Positions 1 through 11,900 of a stretch of DNA of 64,000 nt are shown piece by piece. The first letter of the stretch is position 1. Each line of letters begins with the position of its first letter. Below the pieces are notes generated by a model. The model was not told where the DNA came from. It saw nothing but the letters and a program-made list of their open reading frames with translations, and made no database searches. The stretch is from Amphiscolops sp. MND2022 (taxonomy: Eukaryota), in the NCBI GenBank assembly GCA_964187785.1, contig OZ076409.1, positions 93,436,001-93,500,000 on the forward strand, read 5' to 3'. Both the position numbers and the translations under genes were made by a program.

Positions 1-950
1 ATCGTTTCCGAGTCGTACGGGTAAACTATTTGGTTATATTTTGATCATGTGTGACTGATCAGCGTTTTATTGATACATGTGGAATTGACCTACAATTTTT
101 TCGACGATGTGCGACTTTTTGCCAAAGTTCAACCCCTTTGCTTTTTGAAAAGTTTTTGGCTTGGGAAAAGTGTTTTGTGAACTCAGAGCGCTACGCGTCT
201 TTTTTGAATCCCCGTGCCCCTTGATGATTTTTGGCAGAAAGAAAGAGTTATTTGAGCATATGAAGCCACCTTATGTATTTTCGGCACACTTCGACTCACC
301 GAAAATTTGAACAATGTATTGAACAAAATTTTTTGAGAAAAATGTACACTTTTTGGTTTTTGAGGCTTTTTCCCAAGAGAGTCCTGAGGATGACCTCTTT
401 TTTATTGTCCTGTGAAACCGATGACAGTTTTCTCACAACCTCAGGTTGTTTTTTTGGCACTGTGCAAGTTTTCTACTAAAATTTTTGTTTGTTCAGGGTT
501 CACTGTTCGCTTTCCGGCGTGAGAAAAGCTTTTCAGGCGTGCGTAAAACTCCTTTTTCTGCCCTGTGGAACATGTTTTGGACGAAAGAAAATTTTTTGAT
601 GTTTCCAATTGTGGAAAAGATTTTTCGAGCTTTATGGGTGTCCTTTCTAGAACTTGTTGGCACTGAAAATTTGCATACTAAAAAAAAATGTTTTTCTTTA
701 ACCTGGAGCGGGGAGGTAACTTGGGTCGTTCCCGGCTTTTACAGATTTTTTTGCTGCTTCCACTATAGAAATTAAGATCAAAAATACCCGACTTCGGCAC
801 AATCAAAGGCACGATGTACTGACATTTTGATTTCTCCTCAGTTGGTGTAAGTGCCGCTTTTAAAGCATTTAAAATCAGAACAGTTCTTTAATTATAACAG
901 TTCTTTATAATAAACAGTTATTTATAAACAGTTCTTTATATCTCACACAA

Positions 951-1787
951 CCAAGGATTTCGATCCTTGCGAATCTGTGCAGATCTGCAGGATTTTTTCT
1001 GCAGGGTTCTGCAAAGATCGTTGCACTGAATCTTGAAGATCCATACAGATCTGCAAGATCTTTACAGAAGTGTGCAGATTTTCTCAAAGATTTTTGCAGA
1101 AATATGTTTTTCTGCTGCTTCTAAGGAACCAATATACTGCATTTTTGGACTTCTTTTACTACTTCATCAACTATTTTAGCTGACCAAGGCTCAGTCAGTT
1201 GATACTCTCGATCACTCAAATTTCTTGAGAAAGAAAATTTGTCCCCAATACAGTAATTTGTGTGACTGGAGAATGCGCCGTATTGGTTATACTCGGTAAT
1301 TTATCCATTTCAATTGAACTTTCCAGAAGTGGTTGTTGAACTTTGAGAAGCTCGTTTGCCATATTGACCTTGTTGTGACGGATGAAATTTGACACGTGGC
1401 AACATTCTGGGTTGGTAGATGTGTTGATAAAGTGTTGTTGTTGTTGTAATAGTTCGGGAACACGGTTTGTTGAAGTAATTTTAGTAATTTCTGGTAACTC
1501 GGAATACGTTATAGTAATTTATTGGTCATTGGTTGGATCTGTAAAGATCTGTAAAGATCAGCAAAACTCTACAGATCTGTACAGATTGCTGCAGAAAAAT
1601 GATTCATCTTTTTGACATAAATGAGATTTCTCTCGAAATTTAAACATTTTTATTATTCGTATGACATTGCTATGGGGTTTTTATTGTGTTTCTAAGTAGG
1701 TCATTTTTCTTCGAATCTGCTCATATCTGCAATGATCTGCAAAAATCCAGCAGATCTGCACAGATTCGCAAAGATCGAAAACCTGGG
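951..1787. mobile_element. Non-autonomous TIR DNA transposon (CMC/EnSpm-like MITE)
   Basis: ~47 bp terminal inverted repeats (CCAAGGATTTCGATCCTTGCGAATCTGTGCAGATCTGC... vs ...GCAGATCTGCACAGATTCGCAAAGATCGAAAACCTGGG, ~4 mismatches). Many subterminal AGATCTGCA repeats. AA on both flanks, a possible 2-bp TSD. Confidence 0.75.
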
Positions 1788-2563
1788 AAGGCATCAAGGC
1801 TTCGAATTGCCGCCAACAGGATTCGTCTTTATAGCCGCTTGATAAAAGTCGAATACAACCAACAGGTAAATGTTTAGGCAAAGTCAAAAAGGGCTGTTGC
1901 AAGTCTTTTTCCTTTTCTCTAGTGGTTAAAGGAATCCCTTGTTGACTTTTTCCGAAAAATTTTGTGTATGTTGTTGTGTAAATTTTTCATGTTTTTATAG
2001 AACTCTCATGGAACGTTCATGCATAAAAATTTCGATGAATCATTTGAATTCCTTCAAGCTGCCTGGAAGATGAAAATCTAATCAGTTCTAAAGCCATTTT
2101 AATGCAAATCAATTTCAGTAACTTCAAAGATTTCAATGTAGCGTCATATTCAGCTAGCGATTTGGCACAAGGATGATTTCATTAGGTGAATACTTAAAAG
2201 AATGAAGTGTGAAAACAAAGTGATGAAGGCGGCAAAGAAGTGAAAATGCTTTCAGTTTTATATGAAAGATTACAAGCTGCATTGTAATCCTACAACGGTT
2301 ATCGTAACTAGCTCCCGGAATTGGCCTTGTTCTGTTTTAAGAAATCAACCTTGAATGCGTGGAAACAACCAGAAAAACCCTGCAGATTCAACTACGGTTG
2401 GCTTGAGAAGCTGGAGAAAGTGTATTAGATTCTGGTCCAGGACCACAATTTTGTTATGTAGCTAAACTCAACTTTGCAGATTTCGTTTTCCACTCTTTCA
2501 ACGCCCGAGAAAGAACGTAATATCTACACTAGGTCAAATAATTGGATAAAACGCTTCACCAGG

Positions 2564-4264
2564 TGTCGCAGACTGCCGCCTGCGCTGGCACTTTGTATCA
2601 AGTCACCCCGGAAGATGACAACACGCTGCCAGGTTCAGGCGTACTACTAGTCTAAACTCAATCTTAGAACTCTTAATCCATGTTTAGTTTGTTAATTTAT
2701 TACATGAAAGAATCATACCCGTTGAACTTAAGCTGATTAGTACACCTTGCAACTAAGTTCATTTGACCTAACGTCAAATTGACGGCATGCAAAATATGAG
2801 TTGGGGCTTCTTATTCAAACATTAGGTTGTTTTGGAGACTAAAGTAATTGTTTTATACTTAATGGTAAGATAGTATTCTGGAACTGACACACAAAGGCCA
2901 ATAATCAATGTGAAATTGAGTGATATTACTTCAAGTACGATAAAAATGAATAGAGGTGCTATTAATCGTTAATGAAACGCGTTCAGCAGGTCCGGTAATG
3001 CGGTCCCGCTGACGCGTGATCATATTAGCAGGTAGTTAATCATATGGATGTGCTATTAGTAATTACCTACAGTCAATGCGACTACTCATCTATTTCAAAA
3101 TACCTACAGTTTGTTAGCTAGTTGATCGAGTTACTTTGACATATATTCTAATATTTACCTAGTAGTAGGAAACATGAATTGTTGCTGTACTTGTAAATAT
3201 GATAGACTTACTACTATGACTTCCATGACCTATTTGCAAGTTGAAATGACGTCACACTTGCCTCATGCTCTATTTATAGATAATGTGACGTAATTGATAG
3301 GGTGTAACTTATTCATCATGATGTCATGCATATTTTGACGGTCTTGACATCTTAAATAGTGGTTGTCATGGTCCAACAAGTATATATACCCGGAACCCGA
3401 TGATACAATAATCATTGTTGAAACTGAATACTGCAATTACAAAACACTGTTCATATGTTGCCACTGATAATTCACTGTTGAAACTGAATTTCTCACTCTG
3501 TCATATGCTTTCAACTAGAAAACAAAGAGCTAGAGAAAAGCGTTCAAGACAATCAGCCGTAATAGCAAATATTGAAAATCTTGATGTAATGCTAAGGGTT
3601 GTTCAAGAAATGCTCACGAAGAGCAGGGAGAAGCTAGTGGAATAAAATAGACCTTGAGTCTAGAGGACATCAGCAAAGTACTAATCTCGCTGGAGATACC
3701 TTTAGGTCACTTCTCAGTACTAATGAGAGTGAAAATAGTGAAATTACAGCTGAAACTAGCAGAGCGATTAATTCGGAGATTTCCTCCCAAAGTCCAGGAA
3801 ACTTGAAGAAATCAAGTCAGACTTCAATTCACACATACTTGAAGTAATTAGCTCTGCAATTCAAGAAAAGGTACTTCCTTCCATCGAGAACGCGCTAAAA
3901 CCAGCTAAAACTAGTTCAAACACAAAATGGGACTTTCGGTCAGAAGGACTGCATTCAAGCAAGATAGGCCAAGAAGATCAGCAGAGTGACCTTAGGTCAG
4001 ACAGACTGCAGCAAAGTAAGACTGATCAGAGGTGTCGGTGCCAGTAGCATGACCTTCGGTCAGATGGACTGCAACAGAGCCAAATTGATCAGGCAGCTCA
4101 GGAAAGTGACCTTCGGTCAGAGAGACTGCATCAGAGCGAAAATATGAGAATGAGCTACAAAGCACGTGTAATTTTTCCTAGAGTGAATTCTAGAGAGAGT
4201 AACCGCAATGATCACTGCAGAAGAAGTTCAATAGACGCTAATGATAGTGTCGATGGTTACGACA
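2564..4264 (+). mobile_element. Solo LTR (1701 bp) of a Gypsy-like family
   Basis: TGTCG...CGACA termini, perfect 5-bp TSD CCAGG (2559-2563 / 4265-4269), degenerate gag-like N-terminus in its 3' half. Confidence 0.9.
3505..4264 (+). pseudogene. Gag N-terminal fragment encoded within the solo LTR (MLSTRKQRAREKRSRQS...), frameshifted
   Basis: Basic N-terminus followed by a coiled-coil-like segment that runs off the LTR end, as in the full-length element. Contains four ~57-60 bp coding repeats (GACCTTCGGTCAGA.GGACTGCA) at 3930-4140. Confidence 0.6.
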
Positions 4265-4385
4265 CCAGGCGTCATTCTTTGCGTCTTACTTGAGAGGGCG
4301 TAGAATTTCAAATCTTGCCCACTCCTAGTTAGGCTTCGCGTTTATCAGATTTATTAAGTCTATATTATTGATTAGTCTAACTAGG

Positions 4386-5029
4386 TTTTTAGTCGGCGCT
4401 TCATAAAGTGAAACGTGACTATTATAGTGGCTTTTCTTTTTTTTTCAATCCACACGAACTGACCAAATTAGTTCTACAGAAGTTCTACAAAATAATATTG
4501 CACCAAAATGCACTATTTGGTCTAGCGAACTGAACCAGAAAAGTTTTTCCTGTTTTCCCGCGTAACATACCATGCCCCGTTCCAATTTTTTCGGCACTGC
4601 GAGACTTTTTCCGGAAATTTTTTTCCCTCAAAAGGTCCCCCTTTATTTTTTTTGCTGTTTTGCGACAGAATGGATGTTGGAAAATCCCAACTGGTCCCAT
4701 CTTTCAGTTTTTTTCGGCACTGTGAGATTTTTTTCTGAAAAAAAAATTTGTTTTTTTCAATTTTTTGATGTTTTGCGACAAAACCCCCTCAACTGCGACA
4801 AAAATGTTGACAATTTCGGAAGTGTCCCCCTTTCAGCGCGCCTTTCGGTCCATTTTTTTCAGTACGTAACTTTTTCGAAAAATTTTTTTCGTAAAATTTT
4901 TGATTTTCGAGTACTGTAAAAGAGAATACTTGATACTTTTAGGGACTGTAAAAGACTTGAACTAGGAAGTCTTTTTGCTATTTTTGAGCCTTGGATATGG
5001 CGCCGACTTGGGCCGGTCCCGGCTTGTTT
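4386..5029 (+). mobile_element. Helentron-associated non-autonomous element (HINE/DINE-1-like)
   Basis: 5' TTTTT-AGTCGGCGC and 3' GCGCCGACT form a subterminal inverted repeat. It is followed by a GCCGG-TC-CCGGC stem-loop and a CTTGTT end. Internal TTTTCGGCACTGTGAGA repeats. Confidence 0.65.
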
Positions 5030-5419
5030 ATACTCTGACTGCCTCTTGGCATAGACGTTAACTTGGGTTAGAAGACTGAGAGGTCGAGAAGCATGAGGAG
5101 TTCGTGGGTTCGGGTCCCTAACCAATCAAAAATTGCATTAAGCTTGCAAAAATTATTCTTGCAAAAATAGAGGGGAGACTAAAGCGTCTATAGTTAGTTT
5201 TTTTTCGGAACTTGGAAATTCTTTTCCAGAAGCATTTTAAACCCAAAGTGTCCCATTTTTGGGAGAAACAAAGTGTTTGGCGAGTATAGAGGGTCAGGTT
5301 TTGATTTTCCGGCACAGTGCAACCTAGTGATTCTTTGAACCATATTTTTAAACAAAAGTTCAACACATTTTTTTTCGTAGTTTTTTGTTTGGGAAAATCG
5401 TTTTCAGAAAGACCTACGG

Positions 5420-6328
5420 CTTTTAGTCGGCGCTTTTAATAGTAGAAAAAGCAGACTTTAGTTGTGACTTTTTCAAAAAATTTTAAAGACCAATGAAAAG
5501 ACAGAACAGTTCCACAGAAGTTCTTCATTTCCTGATATAACGTACATCGGATATAAAGATTCTTGAAGAGTTTTTCATTGTTACAAAAGGATCCCTCTTT
5601 TGATTTTTAGAATTTTTAGAGTTGGTACAAAATCATTCGAAGCCAAAGAGTTTGGCTATTGTCTGGCTATTGTCCGTTTTTTAGTCGGCGCTTTTCTTTA
5701 GAAAAGAGTCGACTATAGTCATGGCTTTTCGTCAGTGTTTTTTAAGACCATCTGAACTGACCAAAATAGTTCTACAAAAGTTCTACAAAATATTCTTGCA
5801 CCAAATTGCACCATTTGACCTAGCGAACTGAACCAAAAAGGTTTTTCCTGTTTTCCCGCGTAACATACCATACGGGGCGAGACCAAAGGGTCCCCCTTTC
5901 AGTTTTATTGGCATTGTGAGACTTTTTTCCGGAAAAAAAATTTCCCCAAAGGGTCCCCGCTTCAATTTTATGATGTTTTACGACAAAATGGACAAAGAAA
6001 ACCCCCCAAAGGGTCCTCCCTTTCAGTTGTTTTTCGGCATTGTGAGACTTTTTTTCCAAAAAAAATATTTTTTCATAAAAGGGTCCCCAACTCACCAATA
6101 CGTTGACATATTGAAGTCCTTTCGATATTTTTGAGCCTTAGATATGGCGCCAACTTGGGCCGGTCCCGGCTTGTTCGGTATTGTTTCGGCTTTGTGGATC
6201 TTTGGAAGCAAATAGGATTTTCAAAACGCCCAAAGAGTCCATTTGTGAGATTTTTCAAATTGATTATTTTTGTCTTGAAATTAGGTTTTCTCAGCACGCT
6301 ATATCCGAAGTTTGTTTAAGATCGGCGT
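5420..6328 (+). mobile_element. 5' part of a HINE-like element, interrupted by another HINE and by the Gypsy element
   Basis: TTTTAGTCGGCGC 5' end at ~5421. The matching 3' end appears only after the Gypsy element (22265-22609). Confidence 0.5.
5677..6175 (+). mobile_element. HINE/DINE-1-like element (nested)
   Basis: TTTTTTAGTCGGCGC start and GGCGCCAACTTGGGCCGGTCCCGGCTTGTT end; similar to 4386-5029. Confidence 0.65.
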
Positions 6329-7850
6329 TGTCGCAACCCAGGAGTTGCGTTGAACACGGTGTGCAGCACTAATTGAAGAAAACAGAACGTTCCTCTCCCC
6401 ATCTCCTTTGAAAACTGTGAAACTTTCACTGAAAAACTTGGTTTCGTTCATTCTAATTCACCTTTTCTCTTTTGGAAGTCATGTAAATTATTTGTGTAAT
6501 TTAAATTGAAAAAGGTCTAGTTTTACTGTCTATTGAGAACTCATAAGTACATAAAACCCAGGCCAGAATAGAAAAAACACGTGCTAATGAGCAATACATT
6601 ACCAAACATTGGTTTTCATTGAGCCCAATTAGTCTAAATACCATTTTGTGCTGATGACTATGCGGTACTATGCGGATCGAGCAGTACCGCATACTCGTCA
6701 TTATGCGTTTTTGCCAATCTTATTATGCGTCATCCTACGGATCGAGGTTAGACGAATACTCGTCATTATACGCTTTTCATAGAAACACTATGCGGTATCC
6801 TGCGGATCGCGTGGTGACGCATACTCGTCACTATGCGGTTTCAGCAGGACCTTTTAAATAGAGTAGAAAGACGAAATAGTGCTAGCTGGAAACCATTACA
6901 ATTGCAGTTTATACAGTATTTTGAGTAATTTCCAGGGTTTCCTAGTTCTTTCCTTGGATATAATCTAAACGTGGAGTAATTTAGCTGATACTATAAATAG
7001 TATGACGTTACCCTGACGTAATCCTATTTTTACCTTTCTCTAAAAGTGACTACAGTAAAAAAGAGTGTCATGGTTTTTTGTTGGAGCTATTTCATTTTAA
7101 AAACTAGTGGGAACATCATTCAAATCTCAACCGTCGGATAGTGCAGTTGTTCTTTTCAGACATCTGTAAACTTCTTGATAATTTCGTAACATTTCTGAAT
7201 CTTGTTACTTTGAATAAACAAGATAATTCAAATTCTTCCCCAAAAGCCAAAAACCATTTTCACTCAAAGCAACATGGGGAATAGACGCAATAGACGTTCT
7301 AGAAGACTAGAAACTCCTTCCCCAGACAGAGAAGTAGAAGTAACTCAAATAGGGACGCCCATTACAGGTAATGAAACTTTAACTAATATTAATACTGTGG
7401 TTCAAAGAAATTTAGGTGAAGACAACTTAGAGAACCAGTTTACTGAACCTAGCCAAATAAGCAACAAGATCCAAGTATGGACCCAATATATGGAACAAAA
7501 GAACAATGATAGAATTGAAAAGATGAGAGAAGAGATGGAAAATAAACTCGAAATGATCCTAAAGGAAATAAAGTCTAATAAGAATGCGTCAACTGTGACT
7601 AACCCAGGGTCAGAAATTAATGAGAACAGAGACTCGCAACCATCGGGATCTAAAACAAACAGGTCTATAGGAGTTCACGCATCTAATACCGAGAATTCAG
7701 ATTCTGAAAATGATGATTATCCTCTCAGAGCTTCCAAAATGAAAGACTTAAGACATCCTGCAAGACCAATATTTCACAATGAATCAGATGTAGATGTAAC
7801 TATAAACCCAGAAGATGAGTCTGACGTTGAAGAAGTAGAGGATTATCACA
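6329..7850 (+). repeat. 5' LTR (1522 bp)
   Basis: TGTCGCAACCC...GATTATCACA; roughly 97-98% identical to 20736-22259 by manual comparison. Confidence 0.95.
6659..6839 (+). promoter_or_regulatory. Array of six paired TATRCG-like motifs in the LTR
   Basis: Pairs start at 6659, 6692, 6724, 6756, 6789 and 6822. The two motifs of a pair are 10 bp apart; the period is 32-33 bp. Confidence 0.7.
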
Positions 7851-8948
7851 TGATGACAGGAGCCAACCGACAACTCCATAGACAAAGCTCTCAGAAACTA
7901 AATGACACAGTAGGATCCCACGCAGACCACAACTTGTCAAACTCGACAGTAAAACCACTTGACCCAGTTAACCAAATCGCAATAGCAATAGAAAAACTGG
8001 CGAACAAGAACCCTTCACAATCACTTTTTCACCCCAAAAACACATTAACATTCAATGGGAAAAACGAGAAATTCGAATACTTCGAAGACTTAATCCACAC
8101 GACACTTCGAATGCAACCAAACCTAACAGAAGACATGAAAATTAACCATTTTCATGCCCACCTCAGGGGTATGGCACTCAAGACATTCAAGAATATACAA
8201 CGAACCCCAAACACAACCTTATAAGACATACTCAAAGTCTTTAGACGAAAATACGTAAAACCGGAATCCAGTGCGTCAGCGAAGCACAGATTCAACAGAC
8301 TCTCATTTGACCCAGAAAATCAGAAACTTCCAGATTTTCTAGAAGAACTTCAGGAGAGTGCCGAAAAAGCATTCGGGGAAAACGCTCATCAAATGATAAA
8401 AAACTTACTATACGCAAAAATGCCTCCCCATCTTGAAAAGTCAATTAATCAAGCCTACCTTGAGAATGGCGTATACGACCAAATAGTCAAACATCTCGAA
8501 AGAGAGATGGAACTCAACGAATTAGAGGCAGATGAACATTTCGTCAAAACCCAAATGACCGTTACTAAAAAAGAACAAAACGCCGAAAAAACCAACAAAA
8601 AACCAAATGACAAAGCCAAAAAACAAACCCCAAAAACAGTCCCCGATAAAACACTCAGAAGTGATAAATGCCGTTATTGTAAAGATACCAGTCACATGAT
8701 GACTGACTGTCCCAAACTAGCAAAACGGAGGAAAATCGAAGAAGACCCGGAGGCTCCCAAATGCCCTAACTGCAACACTCCTGGTCATGATGAAGAAGAT
8801 TGCTATTTTGGTGCCAACATGGATAATCGCCGACCAAAATGGAATTTGACTGAAGCACAAAAGAAGGCCATTGAACAAGCAAGCAAAGAAACCAATCAGA
8901 CCAAAAATAGAACGACATCAACAATCCTCGTCGAAGGATTTAAACTAG
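7274..8948 (+). pseudogene. gag: Gag, starting inside the 5' LTR; one premature stop at 8222 and an indel near 8885
   Basis: ORFs 7274-8224 and 8393-9178 are in the same frame. Capsid-like region plus two zinc knuckles (CRYCKDTSHMMTDC, CPNCNTPGHDEEDC). Probable native end GAT TTA AAC TAG. Confidence 0.85.
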
Positions 8949-11900
8949 AAACGCCACGCCTTTACACAAAATCACCACAAGAACCAAACTCAATTGATGA
9001 CTGGCAGCATCAGTTGAGCCCAAAACCTACAAAAACATCAGCCTGTGAAGCCGACTCAAAACAGAAAATATACAACAACAAACCCTGGAAACTCAACCTG
9101 AAGACTTATATGAACTCTTACAAGATGCACCATACAACTACTTTCCTCAACAACCAAACAACCCCTAAATCGACTTAAATCCAGAAACCCAACACACAAC
9201 AAAACACCGCGTAACAATAAAAACTTCTTGCAATAATGAAAAACAACCTCTTCTAAATGAAGATCTTACTGAATACATACAATTTGACAAGGAACGGAAC
9301 TTGTCATATCTTCCAATTTCAACCTCTTTGACATTGAAACGAAAACGCCACATGTACTACATTCCAATGGACTTCGAAAAACTTACACTTGATGGTCTCA
9401 TTGATACTGGAGCTCTCACAAGTGCAATCTCCGAACAAGACCTCAATAAAATCAAATTGCTAGCAAATGAAGCAATTAAAGAAACCGGTCCTCCACCAAA
9501 CTTCCAAATTATGGTGGGAAATGGACAACTAGAAGTCCCCATTGTACGGTACTACTAGAATTTGAAGTGGCTGATTTCATGTTAAAGGAAAACTTCATCA
9601 TCATGAAAAATCTACCGAACCCGCTAATAGGATTATGTTTCCTCCGTAGGAATAACGCAATCTTTGATGTCAACCAAGGAATCCTAACATTTCCTTATCT
9701 GTCAATGCAACTCAAACCTGATACCCAAACAGCAATTCGTCAAGCAACACCATTGTTTGCTGAAAATACCTATACTCTACAACCAGGCGAAACTCTTGCC
9801 ATTGCAATCAGAATGCCCCATCTGATGGACCATAATGCCACTGGCATAGTCACCCCATCGCAACAATACGAAAACCATGATAGCATTTTCATCACTGCAT
9901 CACTCAGTACCGTCAACAAAAATGCCATCGACTATCAAATCATTAACTTTTCAGAACTTCCACACACAATCACAATGGACACCCATTTGGCAGATTTCAA
10001 GATATTAACCCCAGAGCAAATCGAGCATATACATCCAGTAGACCCAGCATTATTATCGTTCATGATACAACACGAGGAAACAACAGAAGTCTACATAAAT
10101 GAACTTCCTAAAGTACCACAACAAAATTCCGAACAGGAGACATACGGGTTCCCTACCCCTGAAGAACCAGGCGACCCTGCAACATATACCCCAATTCAGC
10201 AACGCATTTACAAAGAGCTTCTTGAGCTACAAGAACTTGAGAAACTGAACCCAAATGATAACGAAACTTCCAGAAACACATTTTTTTTCAAACTTTGACT
10301 GGTCTGACACAACGCTCAGCCCAGGTGAACGACAAGAAATTGAAGAAATTCTCGTTGAATTTCACGACATTTTTACCAGACATCGTTTCGATATAGGCAT
10401 AAACCGTGAATTCAAAGTGAAACTAACACCGAATGACGATAGACCTGCTTACAGTCAAAGCCTGCCAACTCCTATCAATCTCGAAGATGATATCACAGTA
10501 GAACTTGCACTTCTACACAAGTATGGAAACATTACAACCTTACCCTTCTCCAAATATGCAAGCCCAATTTTTGCACAACGCAAACCTAACGGCCGCCTCC
10601 GACTTTTAGTAGACATCAGGAAAATCAACAACCTCATCACTGAAGATTACACCAATAACAACCACCCGGTAAGCACTTTATCAGACGCAGCCCAACATAT
10701 GGCAGGAAAAAACTTTTCTGCAAATTGGATTGCTCTCAGGCTTACCACTGCTTCCAAATGGCAGATTACCAATCCATCCAAATGCTCGCTTTTAACTTTG
10801 CCAGTAGAACCTTTGCTTATCGTCGCCTTGCTCAAGGTCTCAGCAGATCACTATCTGCATTTTCAAGCTTTATGAGAGAGTACCTAGACCGAGCAATTAA
10901 AGCCGACCAATGTGCCCATTATGTCGATGACATTGGTATAGCGGCAAACGACACAAAACAATTGTGCATAAACATCAAAACGGTCTTTGAATGCATTCGC
11001 AATGCAGGATTAAAGCTCTCCATGTCAAAATGTCACTTTGGAGTCAAACAGGTCGATTTTCTGGGCCGTACAATAACACCGAACGGAGTCGCCCCTCAAG
11101 CAGACAAAGTGACAGATTTTCTCTCGAAACTCCGTTTTCCCAAGTAAAAAAAGGCGTTACAAAGGTATATTGGATTTTTAAACTATTACCGAAACTACAT
11201 ACCACGCCTGTCGGAATGGCTTTCTCCGTTCTTCAAGCTCCTCAAAGAAACCTCCAAATTCTACGTATCAACAAATCTAGTAGAAGCCTTCACCAACCTC
11301 AACAAACTCCTGGAAAATTCTTGCCTCTTAGCTTTAAAACAACCACTCAAAAACAAACAACTTATAGTCATGTCCGATGCAAGCTTCACCGCAGCAGGAT
11401 ATGCTATAATGATTGAAGTCGACCCGAACCAAAAACTCCAATCAAAACGAAAAACATATGCACCTATTGCATTCGGTTCAAAAATTTTTAACCCAACGCA
11501 GACAAAAATGACAATTTACGCAAAGAAATTTTTCTCCATATACTTTGCTTTTGTCAACGATGCTCAAAATATGTCTCCTCGAGAGAATCCATGCCTCAGT
11601 GAAATCACACCTAAAAGCTGCAACAGGCGAATTCAGGAACAACTGGCAAAAATATCTCCCGTTGGCAGTCCTTAACTACAACACTACTTACCATGCATCG
11701 CTTGGCTGTGAACCTTCAAGAGTTTTCCATGGTAGAATACCGCATAACATCCTGGATTACAAACTCGGATATAACCCTAACCCAATAAGCCCGATAAGCC
11801 TTCACCAACCTCAACAAACTCCTGGAAAATTCTTGCCTCTTAGCTTTAAAACAACCACTCAAAAACAAACAACTTATAGTCATGTCCGATGCAAGCTTCA

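Noticed and set aside
2184..2400. Similarity to 25699-25900
   Set aside because: Apparently an old dispersed repeat with undefined ends and class; not informative.
5041..5118. Functional tRNA gene
   Set aside because: Only a T-arm/B-box-like GTGGGTTCGGGTCCC is recognisable; no consistent cloverleaf.
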